Shown one piece after another: positions 24,891-36,803 of a stretch of DNA of 64,000 nucleotides. Origin of the DNA: Cladosporium halotolerans (lineage: Eukaryota); assembly GCF_011745625.1 (NCBI RefSeq), contig NW_027191478.1, positions 124,001-188,000 of the forward strand, written 5' to 3'. The notes beneath the pieces are model-generated. The model did no database searches and had not been told where the DNA came from. It was given only the letters and a program-made list of their open reading frames with translations. The translations under genes were made by a program, and so were the position numbers. Each line of letters starts with the position of its first letter. The first letter of the stretch is position 1.

Positions 24891-25070
24891 CTAAGCCGAG
24901 GAAAGAGTGCAGCCATCGAAGACGCGACCTTGTCCGGAAAGAGTGCAGCCATCGAAGACACGGCCCTGCTTGGCAGAAAGGGTGCAGCCGTCGAAGACGC
25001 GACCTTGCGCCTTCTTGGAGAGAGTGCAGCCGTCAAAGACGCGACCCTGAGCGTGGAGAGTGTATTCCAT
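24891..25070 (-). CDS. 59-aa repeat peptide precursor with 4x QGRVFDGCTLS; candidate lipopeptide pheromone or RiPP precursor
   Basis: Hand translation: MEYTLHAQGRVFDGCTLSKKAQGRVFDGCTLSAKQGRVFDGCTLSGQGRVFDGCTLSSA*. All differences between repeats are at synonymous third positions. Start context is ACACAATGG. Confidence 0.85.
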   Translation of the reverse strand: MEYTLHAQGRVFDGCTLSKKAQGRVFDGCTLSAKQGRVFDGCTLSGQGRVFDGCTLSSA

Positions 25071-25095
25071 TGTGTTTGGCTGGTAGTTGCAAAGT

Positions 25096-25436
25096 CTGGG
25101 ACCTTTGGGATGGAGTTAGCGTGATTAGACACCAAGTCGGAACCTGAATAGACCTACTTAACGAACGTGAAGTAGCTTGATGGTCGAATAGGTATCGGTG
25201 GAGGAGGAGGAAGATGGAGCTGTCGCTTGATGTGATCGGTTATGTAGACGTGCTTTTTGATTGCGATCCGAATGTGGATTGTTGGGTGGTTCTAGGAGGA
25301 GAAAGAACCGGAGATTACTGATGGGTTGAGTTATAAGGCTCAGAGGAAGAACTGTTGCTGTTAGTATTGTATGTCGGCTCTGCTCACGGTCGAGCGACCT
25401 TTGTGCGTGACCTTAGTATTGTTCACAACGACAAAG
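25096..25436 (-). promoter_or_regulatory. Putative 5'UTR intron, TATA-like box and HMG-type sites upstream of the peptide gene
   Basis: Donor GTAGGT at 25157, branch GCTAAC at 25115-25120, acceptor AAG (25103) or CAG (25096). TTATAA at 25331-25336. CTTTGT at 25399, ATTGTT at 25418, ACAAAG at 25431. No upstream ATG between the TATA-like box and the start. Confidence 0.5.
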
Positions 25437-26225
25437 ACAACGTGGTCACGCCGAAGCATACAGCAGCGATCATGCGCCAAATGGCTTCACGGAACGTGAA
25501 TACTCGTTGAGCATACGTCAGCTGGAGCCGCCTACTATGATCCTCGCGTGTCTGAGCGATTTTGCTCAAAGAACGCCACATGGGTGGGCGGCTGTTCCCA
25601 AAAGGGAAAGCATGTAAGTGACCTCTGAAGGATCGGCGATCGCTGCCAGTGGCCCTGAGCCCGACGTCGAACCTGGATTGAGAGCAAATTGATGGTGACA
25701 TTCATGTTGCCTTTAGTATGTTAAACATGTACTGCGACTTGGACTAGCGCAGAGAGTGTCCCATCTGTATAGCTATATCACATGCTACCTTGGAACCTCA
25801 CTGTGATTTTGCTTGCACAGCAATTGAAGTCCAAGCAGCCGATTCAAGGGAGCATCCGAGTGCCCTTGAGGTATTGTTGTGGTTGTGACATCGGCCAACG
25901 AGGACGCCGGAGAGTACGAACTCGCCAACATTTCTTGTTGAACAGAAGAAAGCCGCAGAGCTTACATACACCTCCTGTTTTCAATGGTTTCAGCTAGATG
26001 TTCTCTTAGACTCGATGTTTGAGGTGTCGCATAGCAAGGAGATTGCTCTTGCTGTAGTCTATCATGTAAGTGAGGTGACGGGACCATTCATGCAGGTTGT
26101 CCGAGCGCTTTCCTTTTTGGGCGATTTGCGCTGCGCGAGCGAAGCGAACGTCACCGAGGCTTTCGAATGCCAGAACGCGACTTTCTTCTTTGTTCCTAGC
26201 ACTTTGGTCGCAAAACGCCATCACC

Positions 26226-28026
26226 ATGGGCAAAGGTAATTTCTAGACTGATTTTCAAATCTTGAACATTTGTTAACTGTTTCGTAGGTACCGACAAGCT
26301 GTACGTACGTCGTCGAAGTCCACGAAAGCACGCGAAAGCCGGCTAACATCCATCCCAGATCACCCACAGCGAGTGGTCAAGCGAAGATGCCTTTGGCGCG
26401 TCTGCCGGCGCCAACGCGCGCAGATCTGGCGTAGCAGGCGCGAGCTTCAAAAGACTGCCTTTCAACTTTTGCGCCGTCTCACTGCAACCATTCGAGCACC
26501 CTGTCTGCACTGCGGAGGGCACCATCTTCGACTTGACGAACATTCTTCCCTGGATCAAGAAACATGGGACCAATCCTGTCAACGGAGAACCTATCAAGAG
26601 CTCGGATTTGATCAAGCTCAACTTTGCGAAGAACGATGATGGGGAATACGTGGATCCGGTCACCTTCAAGGTGTTCACAGACAACACGCACATCGTAGCC
26701 TTGAGGAACACGGGGAACGTCTTCGCCTGGGACACCGTAGAGCGCCTCAATATTAAGGGGAAGAACTGGAAGGATTTAGTCACGGACGAAGACTTCGCTC
26801 GGAAAGACATCATCACCCTCCAAGATCCACAGAACGTCGCGTCGAGAGACTTGAGCCAGTTCAAATACCTGCAAGAAGGCACAAGCACCCTCACACCAGA
26901 GCAAGAAGCAGAACGAAGCGCCGGCATCAAAGGCCAGAACCTCGGCTCAGCCGCCAAAATCCTCAAGGCCAAAGAAGCCGTCGCCAAACGGCGCGAAGAC
27001 CGCGAGAAAGCCGCCTCCGGCTCCGCGACGCCAATCGAACAACAAGCCCTCGCGAACGCACGCAAAGCAGCCTCCGACGTCGCAAAGCACCGCACCACCA
27101 AACCCACCCCCTACAACGCCGCGCAGCACACCAGCGGCGCCGCCGCCGCCTCCTTCACATCCACGGGCCTGACGCCCAACACTTCCAACGACCGCGCCAT
27201 CCTCAGCGACGAAGAGTACATGCTCAAGCCGCGCCGCGTCAAGCACACGGGCTACGCCAGCCTGCGCACGACGCACGGCAGCATGAACCTCGCTCTGTAC
27301 CCCGAATTCGCGCCCAAAGCGGTCTGGAACTTCCTCGCGCTGGCGCGGAAGGGCGCGTACAACGGCGTCGCCTTCCACCGCAACATCCGCAACTTCATGC
27401 TGCAGGGCGGCGACCCGTCGGGCACAGGCCGTGGTGGGCAGAGCTGCTGGGGCAAGCCGTTCGCGGACGAGCTGGAGGGTCCGCAAACGCATGATGGGCG
27501 CGGGGTGCTGAGTATGGCGAACAAGGGCAAGGACACGAATACGTCGCAGTTCTTCTTGACGTACCGTGCGACGCCGCATTTGGACCGCAAGCATACTGTT
27601 TTTGGGCGCGTGATGGAGGGGTTGGAGACTTTGAAGCGACTGGAGGCTGTTCCCGTGGATGATAAGGATCGGCCGTTGGAGCGGTGCGCGATCGAGGAGG
27701 TGATTGTATTCGTCGACCCTTTCGAAGAGTTCCTCAAAGAGAGGTCTGAAACGGAGGCTGCAGAGGCAAGGAAGGAAGCTCTGAGGCGGGAGGGAGGCGC
27801 GGAAGACGAGAGGACGACATGGACTGGGAAGAGAATCAGAGCCGATGGCAAAGTGGAAGAGAGCAGCGGAGGAGGCGGAGTTGGGAAATATTTGCGCAAA
27901 GCCGCCGAGGAAGCGAAGAATGGCGGCGAGGATGAGATCGTAGGGGAGTGGGAAGAGCCCGAACCCGAACCGCCTTCCAAAAAAAGGAAGGGCGGTGGCG
28001 GGTTTGGCAATTTTGATGCCTGGTAA
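26226..28026 (+). CDS. PPIL2: U-box cyclophilin, peptidyl-prolyl cis-trans isomerase-like 2 (Cyp60/cyp8)
   Basis: Exons 26226-26235, 26288-26304 and 26359-28026 give MGKGTDKLYITHSEW. Also LPFNFCAVSLQPF, FHRNIRNFMLQGGDPSGTG, SQFFLTY..HLDRKHTVFG, and C-terminal FGNFDAW. Confidence 0.95.
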
Positions 28027-28121
28027 CCCGGCTATGAACAGTATGTAGTATAATCGTTATCAAAACAACTTCCTTCGTCCCATGTGCTGTTGTGCCATAA
28101 GCCGTTCACCATGTTGGCTCG

Positions 28122-30749
28122 TTATCTCCTTGTCCTATTCCGTGATCGCCCACCCGCCGCTGCTGCGGAGTCAGAACTGTCCCGTACCATACCCAGGCTC
28201 GCCAGCCTTATCCCGGCGCCCTCGTCAGAGTAGCTCGTCCCCATGCGCTTGGCCAGCTGCAGTCTCGCCGCTTCAGCCTCTGGCGTCTCGTAGCCTATTT
28301 GGGTGCTAGGCAGGTCTTCCTGTCCTGTGACGAACGAAGTCTCGGGAGACTCGTCATGGGATTCCAGCAAGCTTCCCGCGGCTTCGCCGTCCTTGCTTGT
28401 TACCGCTGAGCCGGAATTCGTTCGATTGGTGAGACTGCTTCCGCTTGGAGCACGGCCGAGCTTCCGATGCTTCAGTCGCTGCGCTGGGTTCGGCTGGTCT
28501 GAAGAGGCAGTGCGACGCTGTTGTCTTTCCATTATAGAAGCAAGATCGGCAGTCCAGTCAGCTTGAGCACGCGGAGGAGGTTGGTTCGCGTGCAGAGAAG
28601 CATGATCCACGTGCGAAGTCGAAGGTGTTGCTATCGTATCTTGTTTGTCTCCTGGTACGTTGTCTGCAATGTGCCCATCATCATCCAGAGTTTCTTTGTG
28701 CGAATCGGCAGAAGTCGACTTGGGTGGGGAAGCATTCGGGGAGATACTACGCAAAGGCCCACCATCTTTGATCGAGGTTCCAGCATGTTCAGCAGGTTGT
28801 ACCGAGTCATCGCCTACGGTATGGGATTCATCATCATGATCGTCGTCTTCGTCCTCGTGAACGAATGGGCCTGATGCTTTCTGCGGCTTTGCAGCAAGCT
28901 TGTGTGTATGCAAAGGCAGCGAAGGTGTTGCTTGCCGTTTGCGTGTATTAGAAAGACGGGCTGGCGCTTGAATGTCTTTTCTGTTCAACATCAGTACCGC
29001 GCAGATCGAAGCTTGAATTGAGTACATACCTTGTTCCCATGCTGTTGGATCGGCTAAGCGTGTCGTTAGGTAGCGGACTGGGCGCTGAGGGCCGGCCTGC
29101 AATATTACTCGGGTCGAAGTCCGGTAGCTCAATCTTGAACCTCTCAAAGGAAGTCTTGCGCCTCGACTTAAGACACGTCCACAGCCACTCAGCGGATACG
29201 ACTGGTATCTTGTGTTTTGTGGCGTAGTATGCTTTCTCCTTCTTCACACTAGACGACGCGCATACAAGAACAGATATCGACGGCATCAGCTGCTCTTGGT
29301 AGCTTGCTCCAGTGAGCTTGATGGCTTGGGCGACTTGTCGGTAATCCACCCCGGAGAAGCCAGTTGTAGAGATGGTGAGTTTTGGAAACCCCAAGATGTC
29401 AAGATGCCACAGAGGCTGGCTTAAGACATCTTGTTCGGGGTCTAGTATTTGCTTGTAATGAATGCAGCGTTCGACCCACCATTCGGTCGCAGTGACAGCT
29501 CCAGGCAACGTCGTTGCGATGTGCACATGCTGAGCAGGCTGGGCATGTGGAACGAGGATACAGCTTCTCCCAGGCTGCTGTTCGTCTTCATGCGACTCTA
29601 GGTCCTCTAGCCGCTTGACAACCTGTGCCCCGTTTGGTTCAAGGTACTGCGTCAGACGCTTCGCCTTGTCCTTTTCAAAACCTTGAATCGTGATGCGCCA
29701 GCCAGAGAAGAGACCTTCTGGATTTGGTGGTGCCCTAGCGCTTTGAATATCCGCGGCATCCATAGATTGGCGAACCTGAGGTCGAGGTGCCGGTCGTCCA
29801 AGGGTGTTCTGAGAGTCCTCGTCTCCAGCCGTCCACTGATCCGTCTCCGATGGCGCAACAGTCGAGATGTCGGCGGCAGATATGTCCTGCCACATATCCT
29901 GGCTGTGGTCTTCCAGCCGTCTGCTTGCGTGCCGCCTTAGCTTTCTCTTGCCACCTTGGTTTGCGGTTTGGGGCTCGTCTACCCTTGTCCGTTTACCCAG
30001 GCTCGTCCCTGCTTCTCTGCGAAACGCACCCCTTCCCTGCTCTTCTTCCGGCATCATGGGATCGTAGTATTTCGGCTCCAAAGCCATTCCTCGCTGTGCG
30101 CTTTCCGACAGCCATTTGAGCGAGACCGTGTGTATCCCCCACTCTTTCGCTGCCCGATACTTCGCGCTGCCCTCCGGGTTGGCGACAATCAGGTGCGTGA
30201 CTTGCTTCGTGAGGTCTCCGTGGTATTCCGCGCCTTCGTGTTCGATCATGGAGGAGATACGGTTTCGCTCGGCAAGCTCCGGCACACCAGTCATGCAGAC
30301 CTTGAGGCCAGTCAAGGTAGGACTCCGATGGGCTTTCTCCAGCCCTTCGAGGTCGACATCGCCTCCGGCAGTCCAGACGTCGCGCACGGCATCGATCCAG
30401 GCCGGGGTCAGAACCACAATGTCGGGCCGTTCTTTGGCGACATATTTGTATTTGGGAGTGTCGATATCTCCCACAACCAGATGTGTCACTTCGCCTGTCA
30501 GGTCCAGCTTATGGCTGGCTCCCATGGTCTGCGCGATGTCCGCAAGTCTGATCTGGTCAAGGTGTGAGCAATGAGTTAAAGTAGTATCTCCAGATAGCTT
30601 CAACCTACTCGAACATCTTGAGGAAGCGATGTGCTGCAGAGCACAACGTCCTTGAGCGGCAATTGCTCTTTGCCTGCACGTGGATCAGTATGAGCTAGAC
30701 TTCAGTCTTCCATCCGGAACATACCATGCTCGGCGGCGTGTTGCGCCAT
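28122..30749 (-). CDS. DPB11: Multi-BRCT replication/checkpoint scaffold (Dpb11/Rad4-Cut5/TopBP1 family)
   Basis: Four BRCT repeats (VTHLVVG..TPKYKYVAKERPDI, YHGDLTKQVTHLI, TEWWVERC, IPVVSAEWLW). Two small 5' exons (MAQHAAEHG, KEQLPLKDVVLCSTSL) and an intron near 28982-29029. Confidence 0.85.
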
Positions 30750-33199
30750 AGCACATGAGGCTCGTCGACGAGTCGCGTTCCAATCTAGAAGTTCGAATCG
30801 CGAACGCGAAACTGTCGCGGTCGGCGTGACGTCACGTGCCTCAGGCGGGGCACCAACGTACAGGTTTATTGCAATATTCACAACACGAAGGCAGAAAAAC
30901 TATCAAGACTTTTCTGACAGTATGACAGTTTACACCTCAGATCAAGAGTCGCGGAAAGAGCACCGATGCAATCATGACTGTGTAACGATGCCAATGCGAC
31001 AAATGCGAGAACTATCAAAATGCGAACCTGCACAACACGGTGCATGATCCTTGTCGCACTGAGAAATGGTTACAACAGACCCAATTTCTCTTCGTGTAGA
31101 GTTGCTGATGACTGAAGATCTTTTGAACGGCCAAGATAGGACATCAAAGCGGTCTGACCTTCAAGAAGTCCTTTGTCCAAAGGTACCTCAAAGCGCGACA
31201 AAGAGCTGCATTCCAATCTAAAGATCACGTGATATATTCTGGGTACTCCCGCTCTTGAACGGAGGGGACAAAGAAGCAAACCTGCTGCGGCTCGACGGTA
31301 CTTTGTAGGAGCACTGCAGAAGCAAATCAAAAGCAGAGCCTGCCTGAGCATTCCTCGGTCGCGGCGCAGTTGAATGAGTTCACCGTACGCTTGCTTCTCT
31401 CATGTCTGACATAACCCACGACCAAGGCAGCGGCCGTCTCGATTTGGCATTGCCCTCGCATTGACAAATGACGATCACTTTGCGAAGTACGGTGGTGTCA
31501 GGCGTGGCTTAGCTCGCGACAGCAGGATTTGTATAGCAGATTTGCGAGCAGCGTGCATGCCATGATCATCAGGGCAAGAGGATGCCTGATGACAAGCCTT
31601 CCGCAGATGCCGATGCCGCCGCTGGTGCCGATCTCTCCGATTTCATCTCCTCCTTCTCTCCAGACTGGAGTACAGCGTGCTTTGGGGCGAGGGGAGCTCG
31701 AAAAAGTCTTGCCGTCGATCACCCGCGCCCGCCAGGATCCTCTTGCCGGTAAGTCGCCGAAGAACCCACGCAGCCACGACAGCGCCTGCAGTCCACGCGT
31801 GCGCAGGCAAGACGCACAGCTCTCGACTGTCGTGTGATGCGCTGCGGTCGACTGCCGAGGCTCGCGTGAGCGTGAAGTGCATCCGTCCGTGGCAGCGCTC
31901 TGCAGGCTCTGCCGCATCACTTGATGACAGATCCAGGATCGGAAGCCGGCAGCGCGCGCCAGGGCTGGAGGGTGTTTTGTTTCGCATGCTGACCGCGGCG
32001 TGCACAGCCGCGCTCTTCCATGTGCCGCGCTCTGTGCCATGACACCGTCGAGCGTAGGTACCTCATGCCTTCAGCCTTCTAGAACGCGACGCGACGCATT
32101 GGGCCGCGGCGGACGTGGCGGAAGACGAGCTCTGCGCCGTGAGTTTGCCGCCACGCCCGATTCGCTGTGTCGCTGCAGGTTGCTTTCCATGGCAGGACGC
32201 ATGACGAACTTAGCATCGCCCGCTCGTCCACTCTCGACAGGGCTACGCGGGCTACGTGGGCCACTGCCCGCAATCGCTGCGCTACCCTCACCAAACGCCG
32301 ACCGAGCCCACTCGCGCCGCATCATCCTCGCCGGCCGCGGAGTCAGCGCTCGCCACCAGCCGGCCGCGCCCTCGCATCCGGCCATGTCGCTACTGTCATT
32401 ATTATATATTTGCATTGATTGGGGCGCCCGCCGCCGTGCGACGCCGCAGCAGCCGATGTCATCGCATCCCGCACCGCGCCATCCCATCTCATCTCTGTTG
32501 ACCCGCCTCTCCGCGCCGGGCATAAAACCGCCCTAGCCGTGGTAGCGCCCAGTACAAACCTTGCGCGGCGCCGTCGCCGTCGATCGCTCAGGCTGCTTGG
32601 ATGCATTGCGTAGCGTTTCATACAACACTTGAAATCTCCACGGCACGTCAGCGACTCCCATCCCCCAGTCTCTCTGGAGTAATTTTCTCCAGTCCACACC
32701 CACACCGCAGGATCGGGGTTTAGCTTCGTCCAAGCCTGCCTACTGTTCTTGGTCTGCTGCCGGCGACACTGCCCAACCTTGGGCACCATCTTGGTTGTTT
32801 TCGTACCACGCCGCCCATCTCTCTCTTCTGGAACAGGGTTACCGCAGCCGTGTGCTGGTGCTTTGACCTTCACAATCGCCCGCTGAAACCGCCATACACC
32901 TGCATCCTTGCACCGTTCCCGCTACACCGAACCGCCGTCGAATCGCTCGCGACCAACGTAAGTGTCACCGCTGCTTCTCGCCCTACGCGCTCGTGCGTCC
33001 TGTCCGGGCAGGCAATGGCGGCCTGTGTCACCCGCGCTCCTGCCAACAAGCATGCCGGGCACGCATGGACGGTCCTGCATTTTGCTACCTGTTTCATTGC
33101 ATGTGGCTTTTTCTTCCCTCAAAAGCCACCGCCTCTGCGACGTTGTCATAATGCATCCTTGCTTTTCCTCAGATCATGCAAGCTAACCGAGACTTTGCA

Positions 33200-35723
33200 A
33201 TGGCAGCAGCGATCGAATACCGAAGTTACAATCGAGGACGTCTATATTACCTCCCGGAGTCTCAACCCCCCCGCCGCGCTCGCACATTATCTCGCCTCGA
33301 CTTCTTCAACCCTCGTCGATCCCAAGCTGGCCGCGTTCGCGTGAAACCGCTCACTTCCACGAGTCCCGATCCGCCCACATACAGCGACGCTTCGAAGAAG
33401 CGTAATCCTGGCTTCAAGCTGGCGGTCTCGCGAGAATCAGCGAAACGTTTCCTTCGATCCGTCATTCAATCTCAAAACGATACGACCCCGCAGGATAAGA
33501 AGAACAGGAGGTCTTGGTCCCCGGCTATTCCGCCGAGCTCCACCGTTAGAGGTGCGGAGACAGAGATAGACAATATGAGAGGAGCAATCAGAGGGTCAAT
33601 CAGTGGCCCGGTCAGTGGGATGGTCCACAGGCCAAGACTCAACAGCGATGTGAGAAATGCTTCGACTCGGACAGCTGGAAGCGACAATAGTGCCAACAGC
33701 ATGGCTGTCTCTCCTCAAATCAACGCGAACGGCACTCTGGGAAACAGCATCATACCTGGAAACTTGGACGAAGAGAAGCCACTGGCATCTGGCAATGGAG
33801 TCTCCGTTGGCGTCCATCTGGCCGAGCCGGTCCTTTTCTTGCAGGGATTCGAAAACGCGGAAGCAGTACCTGGCAACACTGCCATGCTGCGAGGCAGTCT
33901 ACACGTCCGAGTGCAAAAGAGCGCAAAGATCAAGGCTATCACGCTACGCTTCCGAGGTAAAGCTATCACCAAATGGCCCGAAGGCATTCCACCGAGAAAA
34001 TCTGAGTTCGAGGAAACAAATACCATCATGAACCACACATGGCCCTTCTTCAACGCACAATTCGACAGCGCAGAGAAGAATACTGGTGCGGATCATGTCC
34101 AGCTTGCCAAAGGACCAGACGGCGCCTCAACCAGCGTGACGAGATTAGATCCGTTGGGTCGTTCGTCGCCAAACCCATCTTCTCTCAACCTGTCCTCTAA
34201 GGACGCAAAAAAGCTGTCGCTACAAGTCAACCAGTCGAGAAGTTTCGGCAAAGGCGAAAACCCTGGACCTTCAGTTGCAGCCAAGGGTTATCGAACCTTC
34301 TTGCCAGGAGACTATTTGTACAACTTCGAACTTCCGATTGACAGCCGGTTGCCGGAAACGATCGACGTCGAGCTTGGTAGTGTCAAGTACGAACTTGAAG
34401 CCACTGTCGAACGATCTGGAGCATTCCGCGCGAACTTGGCTGGATCGAAGGAAGTTACACTTATTCGATCGCCCAGTGAGGGGTCTCTGGAGCAAGTCGA
34501 ACCTATCGCGATCAGTCGAAATTGGGAAGACCAGTTACACTACGACATCGTCATCTCCGGCAAAAGTTTCCCACTTGGTTCTCAGGTCCCGATAGCATTC
34601 AAGCTCACACCACTGGCGAAAGTGCAGTGTCATAGAATCAAAGTGCTGGTGACGGAGAACATAGAGTATTTCTGCTCTAACAAGCACGTACACCGCATGG
34701 AGCCGACACGAAAGGTGCAGCTGTTCGAGAAAAGGTCGGACAGCGAGCCTACGAGCACTTTCCCAGGAAGTACTATGCGGATAACGGCAGGCGGCGGAAT
34801 TCCGTACGACGCTAGAGTCAGAGCTGCACAAGGCGAGCATGTGACGCCCACGGACACAACCAACTTGCTTGGCAATCTGCAAGGCGAGAGCAACATTGGA
34901 CCGACCGAAATGGAATTCAATGTTCAGCTTCCGAGCTGCCACACTATGAAGGAGAAGGACCGACACCAGCGCCTACACTGCGATACAACATACACAAACA
35001 TCCAGGTGCACCATTGGATAAAGGTAATGGCGTATTCTCAAACAACAGCAAAGACAAAGCACTAACACCTCCCAGATCGTCATGCGCCTTTCCAAACCCG
35101 ACCAAAACGACCCCACGAAACGCCGCCACTTCGAAATCTCCATCGACTCGCCCTTCCACATTCTTTCCTGCCGCGCCACGCAAGCCAACACCTCCCTCCC
35201 GGCCTACACCTCACCCGAGTCCGGCATCAACGGCACCCACCTCTACGACTGCGGCTGCCCCGGCGCCGCCCGCCGCCGTAACTCCCCCGTCGTCTTCCCC
35301 GCCATCAACGCCATGAACGCCGCAAACAGCAACCTCCCTCCACCCCAGCCGCAACCCCCCACCGCAATGCAGCGCCCCACCCTACCCCGCCCACCAACAG
35401 CCCACCTCAGCGGAGCAGGCCCCAACGCAAACCGGCCCCAGCGACCAATGCACATGCTGCGCGCGCCCTCTTTCAACCCACCCGCCTTCGAAGACGAAGC
35501 CCCGCCCCCAGCCCTCATCACGCCGCCCCCGCAGTACGACGACATCGCGTCGCCGACCAGCGGGCTGGCGGACTACTTCGCGCGGCTGACGGACACGTAC
35601 GAGGACGAGGACAGCGGCGACGAGAGCCACCGCGGCGGCCGCGTGAACATCCCGCTCACGCCGGGCGGGCGCGTGCACAGGAGTATGGATCTGGGGAGGG
35701 GGTGGGTGCCCGTGGGGCGGTGA
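33200..35723 (+). CDS. Alpha-arrestin, Rsp5 adaptor (Aly1/Aly2/ApyA-like); start codon uncertain
   Basis: LAEPVLFLQG, LRGSL, KWPEGIPP, YNFELP..LPETI..GSVKYEL, ISRNWEDQLHY, HHWIK|IVMRLS..HFEISIDSPFHILSC. PY motifs LPAY and PPQY. Intron 35024-35075. Confidence 0.88.
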
Positions 35724-36803
35724 TGGGGGGTGACGGAAGAAATGTGCGTGGCATGTGTTATGAATTGAAACGAAACGATCTAATGGAGAGGGGTTCAAAA
35801 GCGTTGGAAAGAAAGCCCGGAGTCGGAGGGATATATCCTTGGGTAACATTTGACGCAGGAGGCGGGAGTTTCTTTGGTATTTTTCGTTTGTTCGATCGAA
35901 GCATTTCTTTGCATACTATTATATTTTGAAAGAGAACGATGCACATAGAAGGAGAAGAAGAAGCGTCGGCGCGCGGCGTTCGTATTTAGAAGCTAGATAT
36001 CTCGAATACATCGATGTTCATACTGCTAGGCTTTGGGGTCGGCCGCTTCTCGAATAAGAATCAAAACTTGTACTCGCCGGCAGGCCACGAGTCTTCAGAT
36101 AATTGGTGGCACGCCCTCTTGAATCGGCCAGGTTCTTCGTGACAAGAGCGAAGAAAAGGCTGGCCAGCGGAGAAATCACGGCCAACCGAGTCGCGAGTCG
36201 CTTGTCAAAAGCTGGGGAGGCCAGTGAGAGCGGTTCTCGACGTATTAGACCGCAGACGAGCGGTCATAACTATTGAGTAGCCTGATCACGACATCGCCGG
36301 GTGCCCGAGCGTCGAAATCCTAGCAGGAACTGAGTTTGGTCAAGCACCAGCGCCGCAAAGCTTAACCGCGACTGTCAGCAAACGAGCAGCGTGCGGCCGC
36401 ATGATTACAAGACTTAGAAGCGGCGTGACTGGATTCAATGATGATCTTGACGACGCATTCGTACAGCTTCCAATCTGTCCATTCAATCGATTGGCGATTT
36501 TCTTATCCTCCGTTAGGGTCTGGCTTGGGTCTCCGCTGGGTTGGGTAATCGACCGAGCTTAGCCCTTGTCTGCATCTCACAGACCGATAATGTTCTAGGT
36601 CGCCTATGCAAGAAAATGGGGCACTTCTCACCGTCACCTTCGAGCATACTGACTAGCGGCAGCGCACTATAATGGTGCAATCGTCCACGTTGTTGACGTT
36701 GGGGAGGGTCTCGTGGCTCGAAGCTGTTGTTGGGCTATAAAGTGAGCCATGTGCGACCTTTCTCAACCTTTAGTACGAAGAATTGCGTCCGAAACATCTG
36801 GAG

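Noticed and set aside
24678..25147. Listed ORFs over the repeat (24678-25124 +, 24848-25147 +, 24887-25135 -), and a CRISPR-like reading of the repeat
   Set aside because: Repeat differences are non-synonymous in those frames and synonymous only in the 59-aa minus frame. Spacers are 3-9 nt and the genome is eukaryotic, so it is not a CRISPR array.
35950..36730. ORF-poor intergenic stretch, possible RIP-decayed element
   Set aside because: Not AT-rich, no terminal repeats, and no transposase or RT motifs found.
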